DNA from: Chiloscyllium plagiosum
Lineage: Eukaryota
Reading direction: 5' to 3'
Length of the DNA: 64,000 nucleotides
Assembly (NCBI RefSeq): GCF_004010195.1
Contig: NC_057730.1
Coordinates: 34,378,923 to 34,442,922, forward strand
Shown piece after piece: positions 1 to 12,779 of this stretch. Below the pieces are notes generated by a model. That model searched no databases and was not told the origin of the DNA. It was given only the letters and a program-made list of their open reading frames with translations. The position numbers were made by a program, and so were the translations under genes. Position 1 is the first letter of the stretch, and each line of letters begins with the position of its first letter.

Positions 1-57
1 TAGAGCCTGTGTCATATTCTCTCTCAGCTTCTCAAAGCTGGACCTACAAACTAACTA

Positions 58-676
58 GGACTGCAGATGTGCGAGATCAGAATTGAAAAGTGTGGTGCTG
101 GAAAAGCACAACAGGTCAGGCAGCATCCGAGGAACACAAGAATCACCATTTCGGGCAGTAGCCCTTCATCAGGAATGTGGGAGGGGAGAAGGGAGCTGAG
201 AGATAAATCAGAAGGTGGGAGTGGGATGGGGGTAGGTAGCTGGGAAGGTATTAGGTAGATGCAAGTGGCGGGGGTGATAGTGATAGGTCAGAGGGGAGGG
301 TGGAGCGGATAAGAAATTCAACCACACAGCATCAATGTCGACTTCACAAGTTTCTTTACCTCCCCTCCCCCACCTCATCCCAGACCCAAACCTCCTACTC
401 AGCACTGCCCTCTTGATCTATCCTATCTGTCCATCTTCCTTTCCATCTATCCGCTCTGACCTATCACTATCACCCCCCACCTGCATATACTCATCGCCTT
501 TCTAGCTACATTACCCCTCTTCCCCACCCTCTTATTTATTTTCCAGCCCCTCCCACCTCTCTCCCCCCACCCCCACATTCCTGATGAGGGGGTTATGCAT
601 GAAATGTCGATTGTTCTGCTCTTTAGATGCTTCCTGACCCGCTGTGCTTTTCAAGCACCTCACTTTTTGACCCAAG
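58..676. mobile_element. Penelope-like element remnant with inverted (fold-back) arms
   Basis: The left arm (gtgctggaaaagcacaacaggtcaggcagcatc...gcccttcatcagg) is the reverse complement of the right arm (cctgatgagg...gctgtgcttttcaagcacc). A direct repeat aactaacta flanks it at 49-57 and 677-685 (candidate TSD). Confidence 0.75.
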
Positions 677-1327
677 AACTAACTACAAATGGTGGAAGCT
701 TTCTCTCCCTACTCACTTCTAAGCTTTTCCAACTCCAAATGTAATACTCTTAAAAATCTTAAAAAATCACAAATAAACAAGAGTATCTCTCTGAAATGTC
801 CCAGATGGAGATCTCATCTAATTAACTTCACTTTCCAAAACATGCCCTTTGATCTGAAAAGGATGGTCACGTTAAGAATTTCCCTATATTTGCCATTTGC
901 TTTCCAACCTTCCTTTGATTTGGGAAATGATATGAATAATTTAAACCTCTTAAAAAGAGGTTTATCATATTGTCTCCACCATACTTAGAAAGGGGTGTCT
1001 CACTGTTCAATGTTTTCCCACTTCCCTTACTCAATAAATACAGGACACCCTTTAAATTGAAATTACTTTAAGTATGTTTACCATCCTTCCAAACGAGGTG
1101 CTTCTATTACCTCATCTTTAAAAATTTCAATGCACAAATGCAAAATTACATTTGTACAACATATGAATCATGGAATTAGACATTTTCACAACAATAGCCC
1201 AGCCCTCCTCCAGTAACATTCGCTCCTAGTTTCTAGAACATTGTCAAAAGCTATTTCACAACCTTTAACTGGTTACAATCCCAATCTTGTATTGATCTAT
1301 TCCTTGAATCTTCTTATCTAATAACAG

Positions 1328-1655
1328 GGAGGGGATGGCCTAGTGCTATTATTGCTAGACTATTAATCCAGAAACTCAGCTAATGCTTGGGGACCATGGC
1401 AGATGGTAGAATTTGAATTCAATAAAGATTCTGGAATTAAGAGTTTAATGATGACCATAAAATCATTGTCAATTGTTGGAAAAATTCACCCGGTTTACTA
1501 ATACTTTTTAGGGAAGGAAATCTGTCATCCTTACTTGGTCTGACCCACAGCAATGTGATTGGCTCTTGGGGAACTGTCCCTTGGGCAATTGGGGATGGGC
1601 TATAAATGCTGGCCCAGCCCTTGACGCCCATATTCAGTGAGTGAATTTTAAAAAA
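1328..1655 (+). mobile_element. tRNA-derived SINE with a LINE-type 3' tail
   Basis: A-box-like head (ggatggcctagtg). The tail gggctataaatgctggcccagcc...gaatttaaaaaa resembles the LINE 3' end at about 5745-5810. Confidence 0.6.
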
Positions 1656-3259
1656 CCTTCACCACTGTGAAGCAATTGAAGAATTTCAGTATATTAAGAG
1701 GTATCACAAGTAAAGGTTGTGCAAGAAATTTCTATATAACACCTCACAGGGAAGCTATCAAACAAAATTTGATACTAATTCACACAAGGTGACATAAGGA
1801 AATGTGATCAAAATCTTGATTTTAAGGAGTACCTTAATGGAGAAGAAAGCAGACAGATTTAAGGAGGAAATTCCTACTGGATCCTAGCAAGTGAAGACAC
1901 CATATCAACAGTAGGATAAAAAAGGACGTGGGAAATGCCCAACAAGCTAGAATTACAGGAATATAGATATCTACAAGGGTTTTGGATGGAGGAGAAATAG
2001 TAAGGAATGAGGCTGTTGACAGATTTGAAAGTAAGGATATGAATTAATTCAAAGCATTGACAGACAGAAACTAATGTAGGTCAGCTCATAAATGAATTTT
2101 AATTCTTGATCAGAACCACAAAGCAACCGGTGGCAACAGATGATGGAAGCCTGCTAGTGAGATACCACCCTCCAAGAAAAGCCATCTGTTAAAATTGACT
2201 GTAGTAACTCAAGTGAGACAGATAGCAAAAATAAAATCATTGCTATTAGCAATACAAAGTAGGCACCTGTCTCAGTAAGAATAAACTATCTTTGAAGGAA
2301 GGGAACACAAACCAAAATGGTGTTTCTCCCCAATGATGGTTGCTGACCTGTTGAGTACACCAGCATTTTGTTTTTCTATTTACAATAAATGCTTTTAAGT
2401 AGAACAGTAATTTATTGTCATTTGTATTTTTTACAACAATGTGAAAAGTATGCAAGTCGCCATATTCCAGCGCCATTTTAATAACAAATTATATGTATTT
2501 TTTTAAAAAAGAAAAAATTAAGACAAAGTCCATCTTAGTTCAATTCATAGCTCCAGGGCTCCTAAGATCAAGGAAACTGAATACTAAAGCTGCCGTAAGG
2601 AATCCAGACCACTGCCAAAGCCGCTCCAAGGAATCTCAGGTCAGGCTGGACCCACCATGCCACAAAAGATGCTGCAGGAGCCGCCATAAGGAATCCTGGA
2701 CCCATCACGGAAGCTGCCTCCAAAGCAGCCCACCATGTCGTAGGGTCTAATAGGATGCAACTGCTATGGCCATGAGGAATGATCAGATCCACACCACATT
2801 CTGTGCTGCAGCAGCCTCTTGAAACCTCCTTCCTCCCCAAAACTGCCAAAAGAATGTATGTTGAATTTTTATGTTAGAAAATAATAATAACAAAAAGGGA
2901 TGCAGCAGGTCTAGTGATCAGAAGCAAATGGGGTCAGGAACCTGAACATTTCCTACATCTTTGGGACTTATTTGTGCTCTGGGTTGCCTTATAAGTCTTA
3001 GCCCAATATTCTTCAAATAACTTTGTGCAATTTTTTTAATGAAATGGAAGAGGGGTCAGTGATTTAATGCCTTATTCCAAAGACAGCATCTATGGCAATG
3101 TTTCATTTCCTCAGAATAGCATGAAAATGTCAACAGAGGTAATGCAGTAAGTCTTTAGAGCGTTACTTAAACTCACAACATTCCAATTTAGGGGTCAGGT
3201 CCTACCATCGAGTCAAGTTTTATATATTTCTGACAATGGTCAGGTAACAATGAAAACCA

Positions 3260-3790
3260 AAGAAAGGACATGCACTTCCATTAGCACCTTTCACGGAGTT
3301 AAGTCTTCCCAAATACTGTACAACCAATAAAGTACTTTTGAAATTTTTACAATGTTGCAATGTGAGAAATACAGAATTCAATTTTGCACACAAGATCCTG
3401 CAAATGTGATAAATGCCATGAGTTAAGGATGTTGGTTGGCCAGAACACCAGACAGAACTCCTCTGCTCTTTTAAAAAGTCAGAGTCATACAGTCATAGTC
3501 ATACAGCATGGAAACAGACCCTTCGGGTCCAACTAGTCCATGCTGACCATGTTCCCAAATTAAACCGTCCCACTTGCCTGCTTTTGGTCCATATCCCTCC
3601 AAATCTTTCTGTCTGAAAGTGAAGGCTAGAGGTCAGATTTACTTTGAATTTAAAGCATGGCATCTCTGACAGCACATAATCCCCACCGTATTCCACTGGA
3701 ATATCAGGCTGGAATGAGCCAAATCTCTAGATTTGGATTTGTCCATCAGACGCAGAAGCAACAGTGCTCCCACTAAGCCTCAGCAGACAC
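3260..3790 (-). mobile_element. Old DeuSINE-like (SacSINE1-type) copy interrupted by a CR1 3'-tail fragment (about 3478-3610)
   Basis: Deu-domain-like segment ggcatctctgacagcaca...ttccactgg. The nested gtcatacagcatggaaacagacccttcgg matches the CR1 tails seen elsewhere in the window. Confidence 0.45.
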
Positions 3791-4191
3791 TTAAAGCATA
3801 ACTTAGTGTACTTAGTCTGTAGCTTTCAGACCACACATAAACTAGCACATCCAGAGTACAGACAGTAATTATTTATCTGTAAATCCAGCATCCCTGCCTT
3901 AAGGTCAGAAAAAAACTTTTTTTGGAAAAATTTAATTTTTTTAGCCAGAATGATATATATATTATATATATTCATGTCCCCAGCCACTAAACTGCTCTAG
4001 AGAAGATAGCTGATACACGCAGACAGGTTTAAACTATAAAGATAAATGTTACTCTGGCGAAGTGTCTCTTCAAAGCCATAAAGTTGAATTACTGTTAAGT
4101 CAACAGTTAATTGACTCAATCACTGTTAGGCTACAAGCCAGATGCCATAATTAAATGTTCATCCTACTTTCTAGTAATAAACACTATTTGA

Positions 4192-4348
4192 AGTCAAACG
4201 GTGTGGCACTGGAAAAGCACATTCCTGATGAAGGGCTTATGCCTCAAACATCGATTCTCTGGCTCCTCAGATGGCGTCTGACCTGCTGTGCTTTTCCAAT
4301 ACCACACTTTTTGACTCTGATCTCTAGCATCGGCAGTCCTCACTTTCT
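4192..4348 (+). mobile_element. Short PLE-derived insertion with a degenerate hammerhead motif
   Basis: cctgatgaagggcttatgcct...acctgctgtgcttttcca...cagtcctcactttc, preceded by a short inverted copy gtgtggcactggaaaagcac. Confidence 0.7.
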
Positions 4349-4794
4349 ATTATTTGAAGTCAGTCACCTCCTGAGGAAATAAGGAATTTCAAATTAGTGA
4401 TCAGCTCATCGCCATACTGTAAAAAACTGACATTTCCTGATACTTTCTTTGCATGCAGGGATTCAAGCCAAAGTAAGGTTTTTGGGTAAGAGGGCTGGGA
4501 CAACTTGGTCACAGTATCCATTGTGAAACTTTGGAATTTTCTTCTTCAAAAGACAGCAGAAGCAGAGTCTTTGAATTCCATTTTTTTTAAGACAGAGTTC
4601 AATACATTCTCAATAAGCATAGGGTAGATAGAAATGAGTCATTAGGTCAGTCATTACCTTATTGAATAGCAAAGCAGAGTTGAGAACCAGGGGCCTACAC
4701 CTCCTTCTAATGCATATGTATAAAGTGCATTTCCATTCCCATTTTAAAATCATACATTTTTATTGATCTTGATATATTATGGCTGGAAGGAACA

Positions 4795-5305
4795 TTTTTG
4801 CCAAAGTTTTTCATCTTGAACAGATCTGAGCAATTCACAAGAATTATCAGCATAAAGGAAAAACAATGTTTATATTATTTAAGGGGAGGCTCCTTATTAG
4901 TTGGCAAGTGGACTCCTTATTGGTAGAGGCATTGCTATGGATAACGTGCCAATTAATTGCGACACATTTGTATCTACTAGAAGCTGCATATATTAATGAA
5001 CAGGCCCTGATCTTTGGAAAGATAACATGTGCACTCTGTACTTATTTCAACACAACAATATAGGCGACAGCCATTCTCTGCTTCATTTTTCAGAGCAAAG
5101 TCAATCTGTCTGAGCTAAAATTTTAAAAAAATTTGACTGACTGCCCGCCATTATTAGTTAGCACATTTTTCATGGCAATGTCCCGAGTAATCAGAGTACA
5201 GTAGGCAACCATTCAGAAATTTCCTCTGATGCATTTTCCCTTGACTTTGGTTATTCTTGTGAATTATCCTAATCCATGCAAGATGAAAAGCTTCAACAAA
5301 TTGCA
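4795..5305. repeat. Old, diverged inverted-repeat (fold-back) element
   Basis: 4797-4870 (tttttcatcttgaac...caattcacaagaat) is the reverse complement of 5250-5300 (attcttgtgaatt...caagatgaaaagc). The inner arms 4900-4945 and 5168-5212 also pair imperfectly. Confidence 0.55.
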
Positions 5306-6084
5306 TCATTTACAGAAATTCCTAAACTCTGTACTACCAAGCGGCTATTCATATATTATTTTTAATTGATTTGCAGTGAATGAGATTAATATTAAAACAT
5401 TGGACATCTGGAAAGTTTAAGCAGCAGAAGATTGAAAACTAAGGTTCTCTAGCTCCACTGCTGGGAGTAGATTACAATTACAGAATGACAAGTATAAGCA
5501 GCTTTCATTAAGACACACTTGCCTTTATAGTGAGATTTTCACATCACTGGATGTTCAAAGCACTTTACAGCCAGAGAATTACTTTACGAAATGTAGTAAC
5601 TGCTGTAATGTACCAGCTGATTTGCAGTCAGCAAACTCCCATAAAAAGAAAAGTAATAATGACCAGATAATGCTTTTTTTGCAATATTGATCAAATATTC
5701 ACTAGGATGTCAGGGATCTCAGTTCTTCTTCATAAAAAGCTTCTTTTTAATTCGTTCTTGGGAAGTGGCCACTGCTGGCTGGACTAGTATTTGCACATCC
5801 CTATCCAGCCTTTAGATGGTGGCAAGATACCTTCTTGAATAGCAACAGCCGATTTGGTGTAGGCATACCCACAATGCTTTTAGAAAAGGAGTTCCCAGAT
5901 TTGACCTAACGACATTGAAGGTACAGCAATAGGAAGATGTGTGGCTTACAGGGAAACTTGCAGGCAATGTTCCCAAATATCTGCTGCCCTTGCCCTTCGT
6001 AATAGTGACAGTCATACGTTTGGAAGATACATTCTTAGGGGACTTGGTGAATTTATGCAATGCATCTTGTAAATTGTATCAAGA

Positions 6085-6352
6085 ATCCCTACAGTATGGA
6101 AGCAGGCCATTCATCCAGAGTCTACACTCGACCCTCTGAAGAGCATATCCCATGGCTAATCCACCTAGCCTGCACTTCCCAGGACACTGGGCAATTTTAG
6201 CATGGCCAAACCACCTAACCTACACATCTTTGGACTGTGGAAGGAAACCAACATAGACAGGGGGAGAATGTGCAAACTCCACACGGACAGTCACTCAAGG
6301 GTGGAATCAAACCCAGGTCCCTTACACTGAGACAGCAGTGCTAACCACTGAG
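6085..6352 (-). mobile_element. HE1-type tRNA/V-SINE
   Basis: Reverse complement of the head ctcagtggttagcactgctg, the B-box gtttgattcc and the V-domain-like tgtgtggagtttgcacattctcccc. Confidence 0.8.
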
Positions 6353-7640
6353 CTGGTGTTTTATTTTGGAAATTTGCAATATCCTCTCCTCCTGGTCCAT
6401 GCAACCACATCACTCCCTGTTACATCGCACCCCTCAAAGTGATCAGAAGTCCTTCAATTTGATAGTGATGTCTAATCAGGGGTGAGCAACTGCCCTGGGT
6501 CTTCATGTGACTGTCCTGATTTTTGAACACATAGGGCAGGTTGTCTCATGAGATAATGGAATCTGGATGACAGGATTTGCTTCCTTTCCTTGTCTGCTGC
6601 CACTTTGCATCAATAAGACATGGGGTGCAAAAGGCCAATGCAATCTGATGGACAAGTCATCAATAGGCAGCAAGCTCTTGCCAGATTTTCAAAACATTGC
6701 GCCTTACAAAAATGGCATCCACACTTGTGCCCTCGATAACAATGATGGACGGTCCAGAGGCCTGTCCCTGGACAAAAGCCTGTGGCTGTCGTCCCATTTG
6801 GTGCAAATGGGGGCCCAGGTGTTTCTTCTTGAAACTTGCACAAGACACTTACAAACTCTCCCCTTCCACCTGCTGATCCATTTCATTTTCACCATTTGCA
6901 GAGCCAAAAAAAATTCCTTTGTCCATAGCTATCGCTCACTTGGCACATGTGCACTGCTGCTACTGAGTGTTGGGGGTGGAGAAATTGAATGTTTATGGAT
7001 GTGGTGCCAATCAAGCAGGCTGCTCTGTCCCGGATGGTATCAAGTTTTGAGCACTGTTGGATTGGAGCAGCACTCATCCAGGGAAGTTTTGAATTGAATT
7101 AAATTAGCTTTATTGTCACATGTACTCACAAATACAAAGAAAAATTTACAAATCATCACTTATGGTGACTTGTATCAGAGAGTACTCCATCACACTGCTG
7201 ACTTTTACATTGCAGATGGTGGACAGACTTTGGGGATTCAGGTGGTTAGTTACTTGCTGCCTCATTTTGAACCTTTGAGTGCTCTTGTTGCCATGGTATT
7301 TATATGGCTAGTCCAGTTCAGCTTCTGATCAATGTAACTCCCAGGATGCCAATAATGGAGGATTCAGTTTTGGTAATACCATTCAATGTGACCGGGTGAT
7401 GGTAAGATTCTCTATTAATGGAGATGACCATTGCATGGCACATTTGTGGCATGAATGTTATTTGCTATTTGTCAGCCCAAACCTGGATATTGTTCAGGTC
7501 TTGCTGCATTTGTACATGATTGTTCCAGTATGAGGAGCCACAAATGTTGCTGAGCATTCAACAATCATCATCGAACTTCCCAACTTCTGACTTTACGATG
7601 GAGGGAAGGTCATTGCTGAAGCAGCTGAAGGCAGTTGCAC

Positions 7641-7760
7641 CTAGGGCTCTTGTGGCACAGGGGTAGTGTCTTAACTCTGAACCAGGAGGCCCAGGTTCAA
7701 ATCCCACCTGCTCCAGATGCGGATAATAACATCGCTGAACAGATTGATTCGAAAATATCC
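7641..7760 (+). mobile_element. Short tRNA-derived SINE; a second copy lies on the minus strand at about 8138-8246
   Basis: A-box-like gtggcacaggggtag and B-box ggttcaaatccc. The related inverted copy reads ...ttgaacccaggcc...cactagagccct. Confidence 0.6.
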
Positions 7761-8539
7761 ACCCTGTGGAACTCCTGCAATGCAGTCCAGGAGTTGAGAC
7801 AACTGACCTCCAATAACTGCAACCATCTTCCTTTGTGTCAGGTACGATTCCAGAGTATTTTCTTCGCAATTCCCATGTACTCAAGTTTTGCTGGGGCACC
7901 TGCTGCTACACTGTCAAATACAGCCTTGATGTGAAGGGCAGTGACTCTCACCTTCCCTCTGGATTTCAGCTCCTTGGTTTGAATCAAGGCTATAATAAAG
8001 TAATGAACTGAGTGGCCCGAGTGAAACCAAAACTAAACATCTGTGAGCAAGTTATTGCTCTACCAGTGCTTCATAGCACTACTGATGATCCCTTCACTGA
8101 TGGGAGTAGTAAATGGCCAGGTTGGTTTTGCCAATACTTTCTTATCAATCTGTACAGAGATGTTATTACACACTGAAGGCAGGACTTGAACCCAGGCCTC
8201 CAGAGCTAGCAGTTGGGACACGATCACCATGCCACTAGAGCCCTCCAGGTTGTATTGTCCTATATTTTTTAAGTGCAAGACTCACCTAGGCAATTTTCCA
8301 CATTGTTGGATAGATGCCAGTGTTGTAGTTGTACTGGTGCAACTGAAACATACATTTCAATACTGTATTAATTGTGTTAATGGGCACTTTTGCATTCATC
8401 CAAACAGGAAGATAAAGCCATGGTGTAACATTTCACCCAAAATATAGTAAGTCTAAAAGTGCAATGTTCCCTATTATACATACAGGTATTAGCATTTATA
8501 ATTTAAAAACTGACATGACAGGGAAAGTTACTTTATAGG

Positions 8540-8744
8540 AGAAAGTGAGGTCTGCAGATGCTGGAGATCAGAGATGGAAATGTGTTGCTGGAAAAGCACA
8601 GCAGATCAGGCAGCATCTAGGGAACAGGAGAATCGACGTTTCGGGCATTAGCCCTTCTTCAGGAAAGGGCTCCCGAAACGTCGATTCTCCTGTTCCCTAG
8701 ATGCTGCCTGACCTGCTGCGCTTTTCCAGCAACACATTTCCATC
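8540..8744. mobile_element. Young fold-back PLE-derived element with a 16-bp TSD and an intact hammerhead core on the minus strand (8633-8663)
   Basis: TSD aaagttactttatagg at 8524-8539 and 8745-8760. The arms are near-perfectly complementary. The minus strand reads cCTGAAGAagggctaatgcccGAAACGTCga. Confidence 0.85.
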
Positions 8745-9506
8745 AAAGTTACTTTATAGGCAGGAATACCACACAGATGCAATATCCATTAAACATGCAT
8801 TATAGCTATTCCTTCCCACGTCCAAATAGTGAATCTGTAACCATTGAGAGTGCAGATCTGACCTGAGAAGTTTCTGCCTTTAAGTTATGTTTTCATTGAC
8901 AACTGCCATCATCCAAGTCTGACTGGTTGTGGCCAATATGATTGTATTCAGTCTCAAACACTCAATAAACATGATAAGTGGTATAGAGTAGTGATGGGAG
9001 GGGAACAGATATGGACAAAGTGTGATGTGTTGAAATGTACAAATAATAACATGCTCCTCAAGGTACGAATGTGAAGTACTGCAACTGGAATTTCAATTGT
9101 AAATTAAAAAGCCAATGGACCCCCATTTCACGATTTGTCACCTGAATTTATCATATCAGTGGGGTATAGACAGGGGATAAGTGAGAAGACGAGAAGGTGC
9201 AATGGAGGTGGGACATAGTTTGCGAGAGAGGAAAGTTGGGCATAAAAAGTACAAGGAGTCCACGCTTTCTCCCACAAGGAGTAGGTGGTTAGAAGGTCGA
9301 CATGGGGGCTTGATGGAGATGCTCGGAGACTGTTACTGAGAGTCGCCGGGTAACAGGATGTAGAGACTCCCTCTTTAACAGACCGCCCTTTAACCTCCAG
9401 CCCTGCCAGACTGACCCTAGACTTCACTAAGGCCTAACGCCTCAGATGTTCCACTGAAGCCAAGATCAGGGCCTGTCCTGGAGCCTGAGCCAGGGTGTCA
9501 CGTTAC

Positions 9507-9570
9507 CTTCCTCCCCAACGCCACTCGGGGACACCACAGACTGCCTCTCTGCCGTATTCTCGGAATTCAT
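9507..9570 (-). CDS. E4F1: Probable first coding exon of E4F1 (MNSENTAERQSVVSPSGVGEE + phase 1); downstream exons not found in the window
   Basis: ATG at 9570 lies in a CpG-rich patch, and the donor is GAAG|GTAACG. The exon ends ...EE-G| like the recalled E4F1 exon 1 (..EE|DEDD). It is head-to-head with PGP as at human 16p13.3. The identity rests mainly on synteny. Confidence 0.55.
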
Positions 9571-9599
9571 CAGGACTTCCTCTCCCTTGTCGCAAGGAC

Positions 9600-9705
9600 C
9601 ACAAAATGGCGGTTTACGACCTGCCGCCAAAGGTGGAGCCAGCGGTGGAGCGGACACGCGTCACTGCGGCTGCGCAGACTGAGGCACGCTGGGAAATGTA
9701 GTTCA
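9600..9705 (-). promoter_or_regulatory. Housekeeping-type promoter: ZNF143/THAP11 site, NRF1-like site and YY1 site
   Basis: Minus-strand ACTACATTTCCCAGCGTGCC at about 9683-9702, TGCGCA at 9671-9676, AAAATGGCGG at 9603-9612. Confidence 0.75.
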
Positions 9706-9734
9706 CTCATTCATTGTGGAACAGAGTACAATTA

Positions 9735-9948
9735 TACAACACCAGGTTATAGCGAGCGACCTGATGAAGGAGTAGCGCTCCGAAAGCTAGTCATAGAGAT
9801 GTACAGCATGGAAACAGCCCCTTCGGTCCAACCCGTCCATGCCGACCAGATATCCCAACCTTCCAAATAAATCTGTTGGACTATAACCTGGTGATGTGTG
9901 ATTTTTAACTTTGTCCACCCCAGTCCAACACCAGCATCTCCTCATCAT
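9735..9948 (+). mobile_element. Second PLE-derived short family with a hammerhead core (9758-9792) and a nested CR1 tail
   Basis: gacCTGATGAaggagtagcgctccGAAAGCTAgtc. TSD agtacaatta at 9725-9734 and 9949-9958. Related copies at about 17280-17395 and 33523-33725. Confidence 0.75.
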
Positions 9949-10938
9949 AGTACAATTACCAATCTCAGTTTCATTTAAAATTATAAGTGAAGGGGGATGG
10001 AGTCTTGTAGGTTGATCTCTAATATTTGTTTTGTAATCAAATTAATCACATTAATTGAAAATCTCAGTTATCGATGAGATCCGATTATATAATTGATTGT
10101 TCAGTGTTTTTTCCTGCCCAGCGAAACTTGACCAAATCCCACTACTGCAGTGGAGTGTACTGAAAATGCACGGTTGGTCGACGCTGGTGTTATAAACAAT
10201 TTCCCTGGGATTAATACCCGCATCTTGGAGACTAACTCCATGGGGATAAAATGAGGGACACCACCGGAGGACTAGGTGGGTGTCTGCTGCCAAGATTGAT
10301 GGGAAGGTGTTCAGGTGAGGGTGGTACAGTATCGGCAAGATGTGATCACAGCGGTGAGTGGAACAAACAACGCTCGAAAAACTGGGGAGGTGGTGGACAG
10401 GTTCAGGGAAGAGTCCAGCTTAGATTACCCTGCGCAAGCCCTCCCCAGCTCAATTAGCTGAGACGAGGGTACATAGAAAACACAGAATGGAGTTCGAGGT
10501 TCAGGCGTATCTCAGTAAGATCTGGCAGAATCTAAGAAGAAAGTTAACATTTCGAGTTCGGTATGATTTCTTCAAAACCTAGAGAAAACAACTTGACAAA
10601 TCGTACAGTTGTTCAGCAAAGATGTTTCTCTCCAGTATCTTACTCAATTTGAATATAATAGCTACAGCCTTTGGTCTTTGTATTATTTATTACAGACAGT
10701 TGCTCTTAGTAGCTATGAAACTATCACCCATTGTGGTAAAAAAGAATCTGGGAAAGGTAGGCTGGCCTATATTCATTGGAGCTCCGAAGAATGAGAAGTA
10801 TTGAAACGTTCTGAAGGGGCTCCACAGCAAAGTTGCTGCAAGGATTATGTCCCTTGTAACAGAATCCAGATGGGAGTGAGGCGGTTTAAAAATAAGGATA
10901 AAATCAACGTGATGTAGAAACTCAGCAGGTTTGGCAAC

Positions 10939-11819
10939 GCCTGAACTGCTGTGCTCTCCAGCACCACTAATCCAGAAACTGGTTTCCAGTATCTGCAGTC
11001 ATTGTTTTTACCTAGTTGATTTTAACCCTACTGCGAATCCTTTTGCAAGGATGCCTGCCTTGAAGAAGTTTTCCTCCTCTCTCTACAAGAATCTCAGGGA
11101 GTCCCTCTCCCAAGTCCCAGGTCATTTCTTCTGCCCTGAAGCTCTTCAACCATGTCCTGAAACAAACTCTCTACCACAGCCACATTTGCTTTCTCCGTAA
11201 CCAATTCATCCCACACGGACTCTGGACCACCTTTAAACCAGCATAGTTTGGAGCTGAACAGGACAAACAGTACAGACTACAGATTCAAAAACACCAGCAA
11301 TGGTTCTCCCAACATTTCAACTCTCCCTCTCACTCTGCCGAGGACATGGAGGTCCTGGGCCTCCTTCACCGCCGCTCCCTTTCCACCAGATGCCTGGAGG
11401 AAGAACGCCTCATCTTCCACCTCGGAACACTTCAACCCCAGGGCATCAATGTGGACTTCAACAGTTTCCTCATTTCCCCTTCCCCCACCTCATCCTAGTT
11501 CCAAACTTCCAGCTCAGCACTGTCCCATGACTTGTCCTACCTGCCTATCTTCTTTTCCACCTATCCACTCCACCCTCCTCCTTGACCTATCACCTTCATC
11601 ACCTCCCCCACTCAACTATTGTACTCTATGCTACTTTCTTCCCCCCACCCACCAGCTTATCTCTCCACCCTTCAGACTCTCTGCCTTTATTCCTGATGAA
11701 GGGCTTTTGCCCGAAACGTCGATTTGAAGCTCCTCGGATGCTGCCTGAACTGCTGTACTCTTCCAGCACCACTAATTCAGAATCTGGTTTCCAGCATCTG
11801 CAGTCATTGTTTTTACCTA
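10939..11819 (+). mobile_element. Internally deleted Penelope-like retroelement (partial pLTR, ORF start, GIY-YIG C-terminus, 3' pLTR with hammerhead)
   Basis: 10939-11012 is a direct repeat of about 11743-11819. 11313-11470 translates as HFNSPSHSAEDMEVLGLLHRRSLSTRCLEEERLIFHLGTLQPQGINVDFNSF, typical of the PLE endonuclease C-terminus. The hammerhead core is at 11693-11720. Confidence 0.85.
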
Positions 11820-11958
11820 ACATCTATGGAGACAAAGTTAACGTTGAATCTGATATGATTCTTTTAGGTTTCCCCAGCACTTTGTTTTTATTTCAGATCC
11901 CCAGTATACACAGTCATTTTGCTTTTATTTGCACGTAGCTTGTATATGGAGTAAGGTA

Positions 11959-12779
11959 GCTGAAAATGTGTTGCTGGAAAAGCGCAGCAGGTCAGGCAGC
12001 ATCCAGGGAACAAGAGAATCGACGTATCAGGCATAAGCCCATCCTATGGAGTAAGGTAAACAAGCAGTAGGCTGGAAGAACACAGCAAACCAGGCAGCAT
12101 CAGGAGGTGGAGGAGCGTCCTACTCATCCATCTTGGATTCCAGTAACTGCAGTTATTTTTAAGTAGTGAGACGATTACTCCAATAATGGGTGGGACATAT
12201 GTGAATTGACGAGGTAAAAACAATGACTGCAGATGCTGGAAACCAGATTCTGGATTAGTGGTGCTGGAAGAGCACAGCAGTTCAGGCAGCATCCAAGGAG
12301 CTTCAAATCGACGTTTCGGGCAAAAGCCCTTCATCAGGAATAAATGGATGATGACCAGTGTGTAGGGATCTTGAGTGTGGTGCTGGAAAAGCACAGCAGG
12401 TCAGGCGGCATCAGAGGAGCAGGAAAATTGATGTTTCGGGCAAAAACCCTTCATCAGGAATGAGGCTGGTTTCCAATCCCAGTTCCAACCTTCCAGCTCA
12501 GCACCATCCTCATGACCTGTCTTACCTATCCATCTTCCTTCCCACCTATCCACCCTCCTGTCTAACCTATCACCTTTACCCCCACCTCCATCCACCTATT
12601 GCACTCTCAGCTACCTTCACCCCAGCCCCATCCCGCTCCAATATTTCTCTCCACCACCCCCGGGGCTCCTTGATGAAGGGCTTTTGCCCGAAACGTCGAT
12701 TCTCCAGCTCCTCGGATGCTGCTTGACCTGCTGTGCTTCTCCAGCAACACACCCTCAACTCTAGCCTGCAGTCCTCACT
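11959..12779. mobile_element. Cluster of at least three further PLE-derived insertions (11959-12044, 12212-12343, 12372-12779)
   Basis: A 14-bp TSD tatggagtaaggta at 11945-11958 and 12045-12058. 12212-12343 is a near-identical inverted copy of 11686-11818. 12372-12779 is itself a fold-back. Confidence 0.8.

Larger units (their letters stand above)
5745..8345 (-). mobile_element. Fragmented CR1/L2-type LINE (RT and 3' end) with nested SINEs
   Basis: Minus-strand RT remnants (FSCFSNDLPSIVKSEVGKFDDDC, a FADD-equivalent motif; KLDTIRDRAACLIG). The 3' tail lies at about 5745-5810. Confidence 0.65.

Noticed and set aside
6567-7097. 176-aa ORF
   Set aside because: No recognisable domain or exon context, and its 3' part is antisense LINE sequence.
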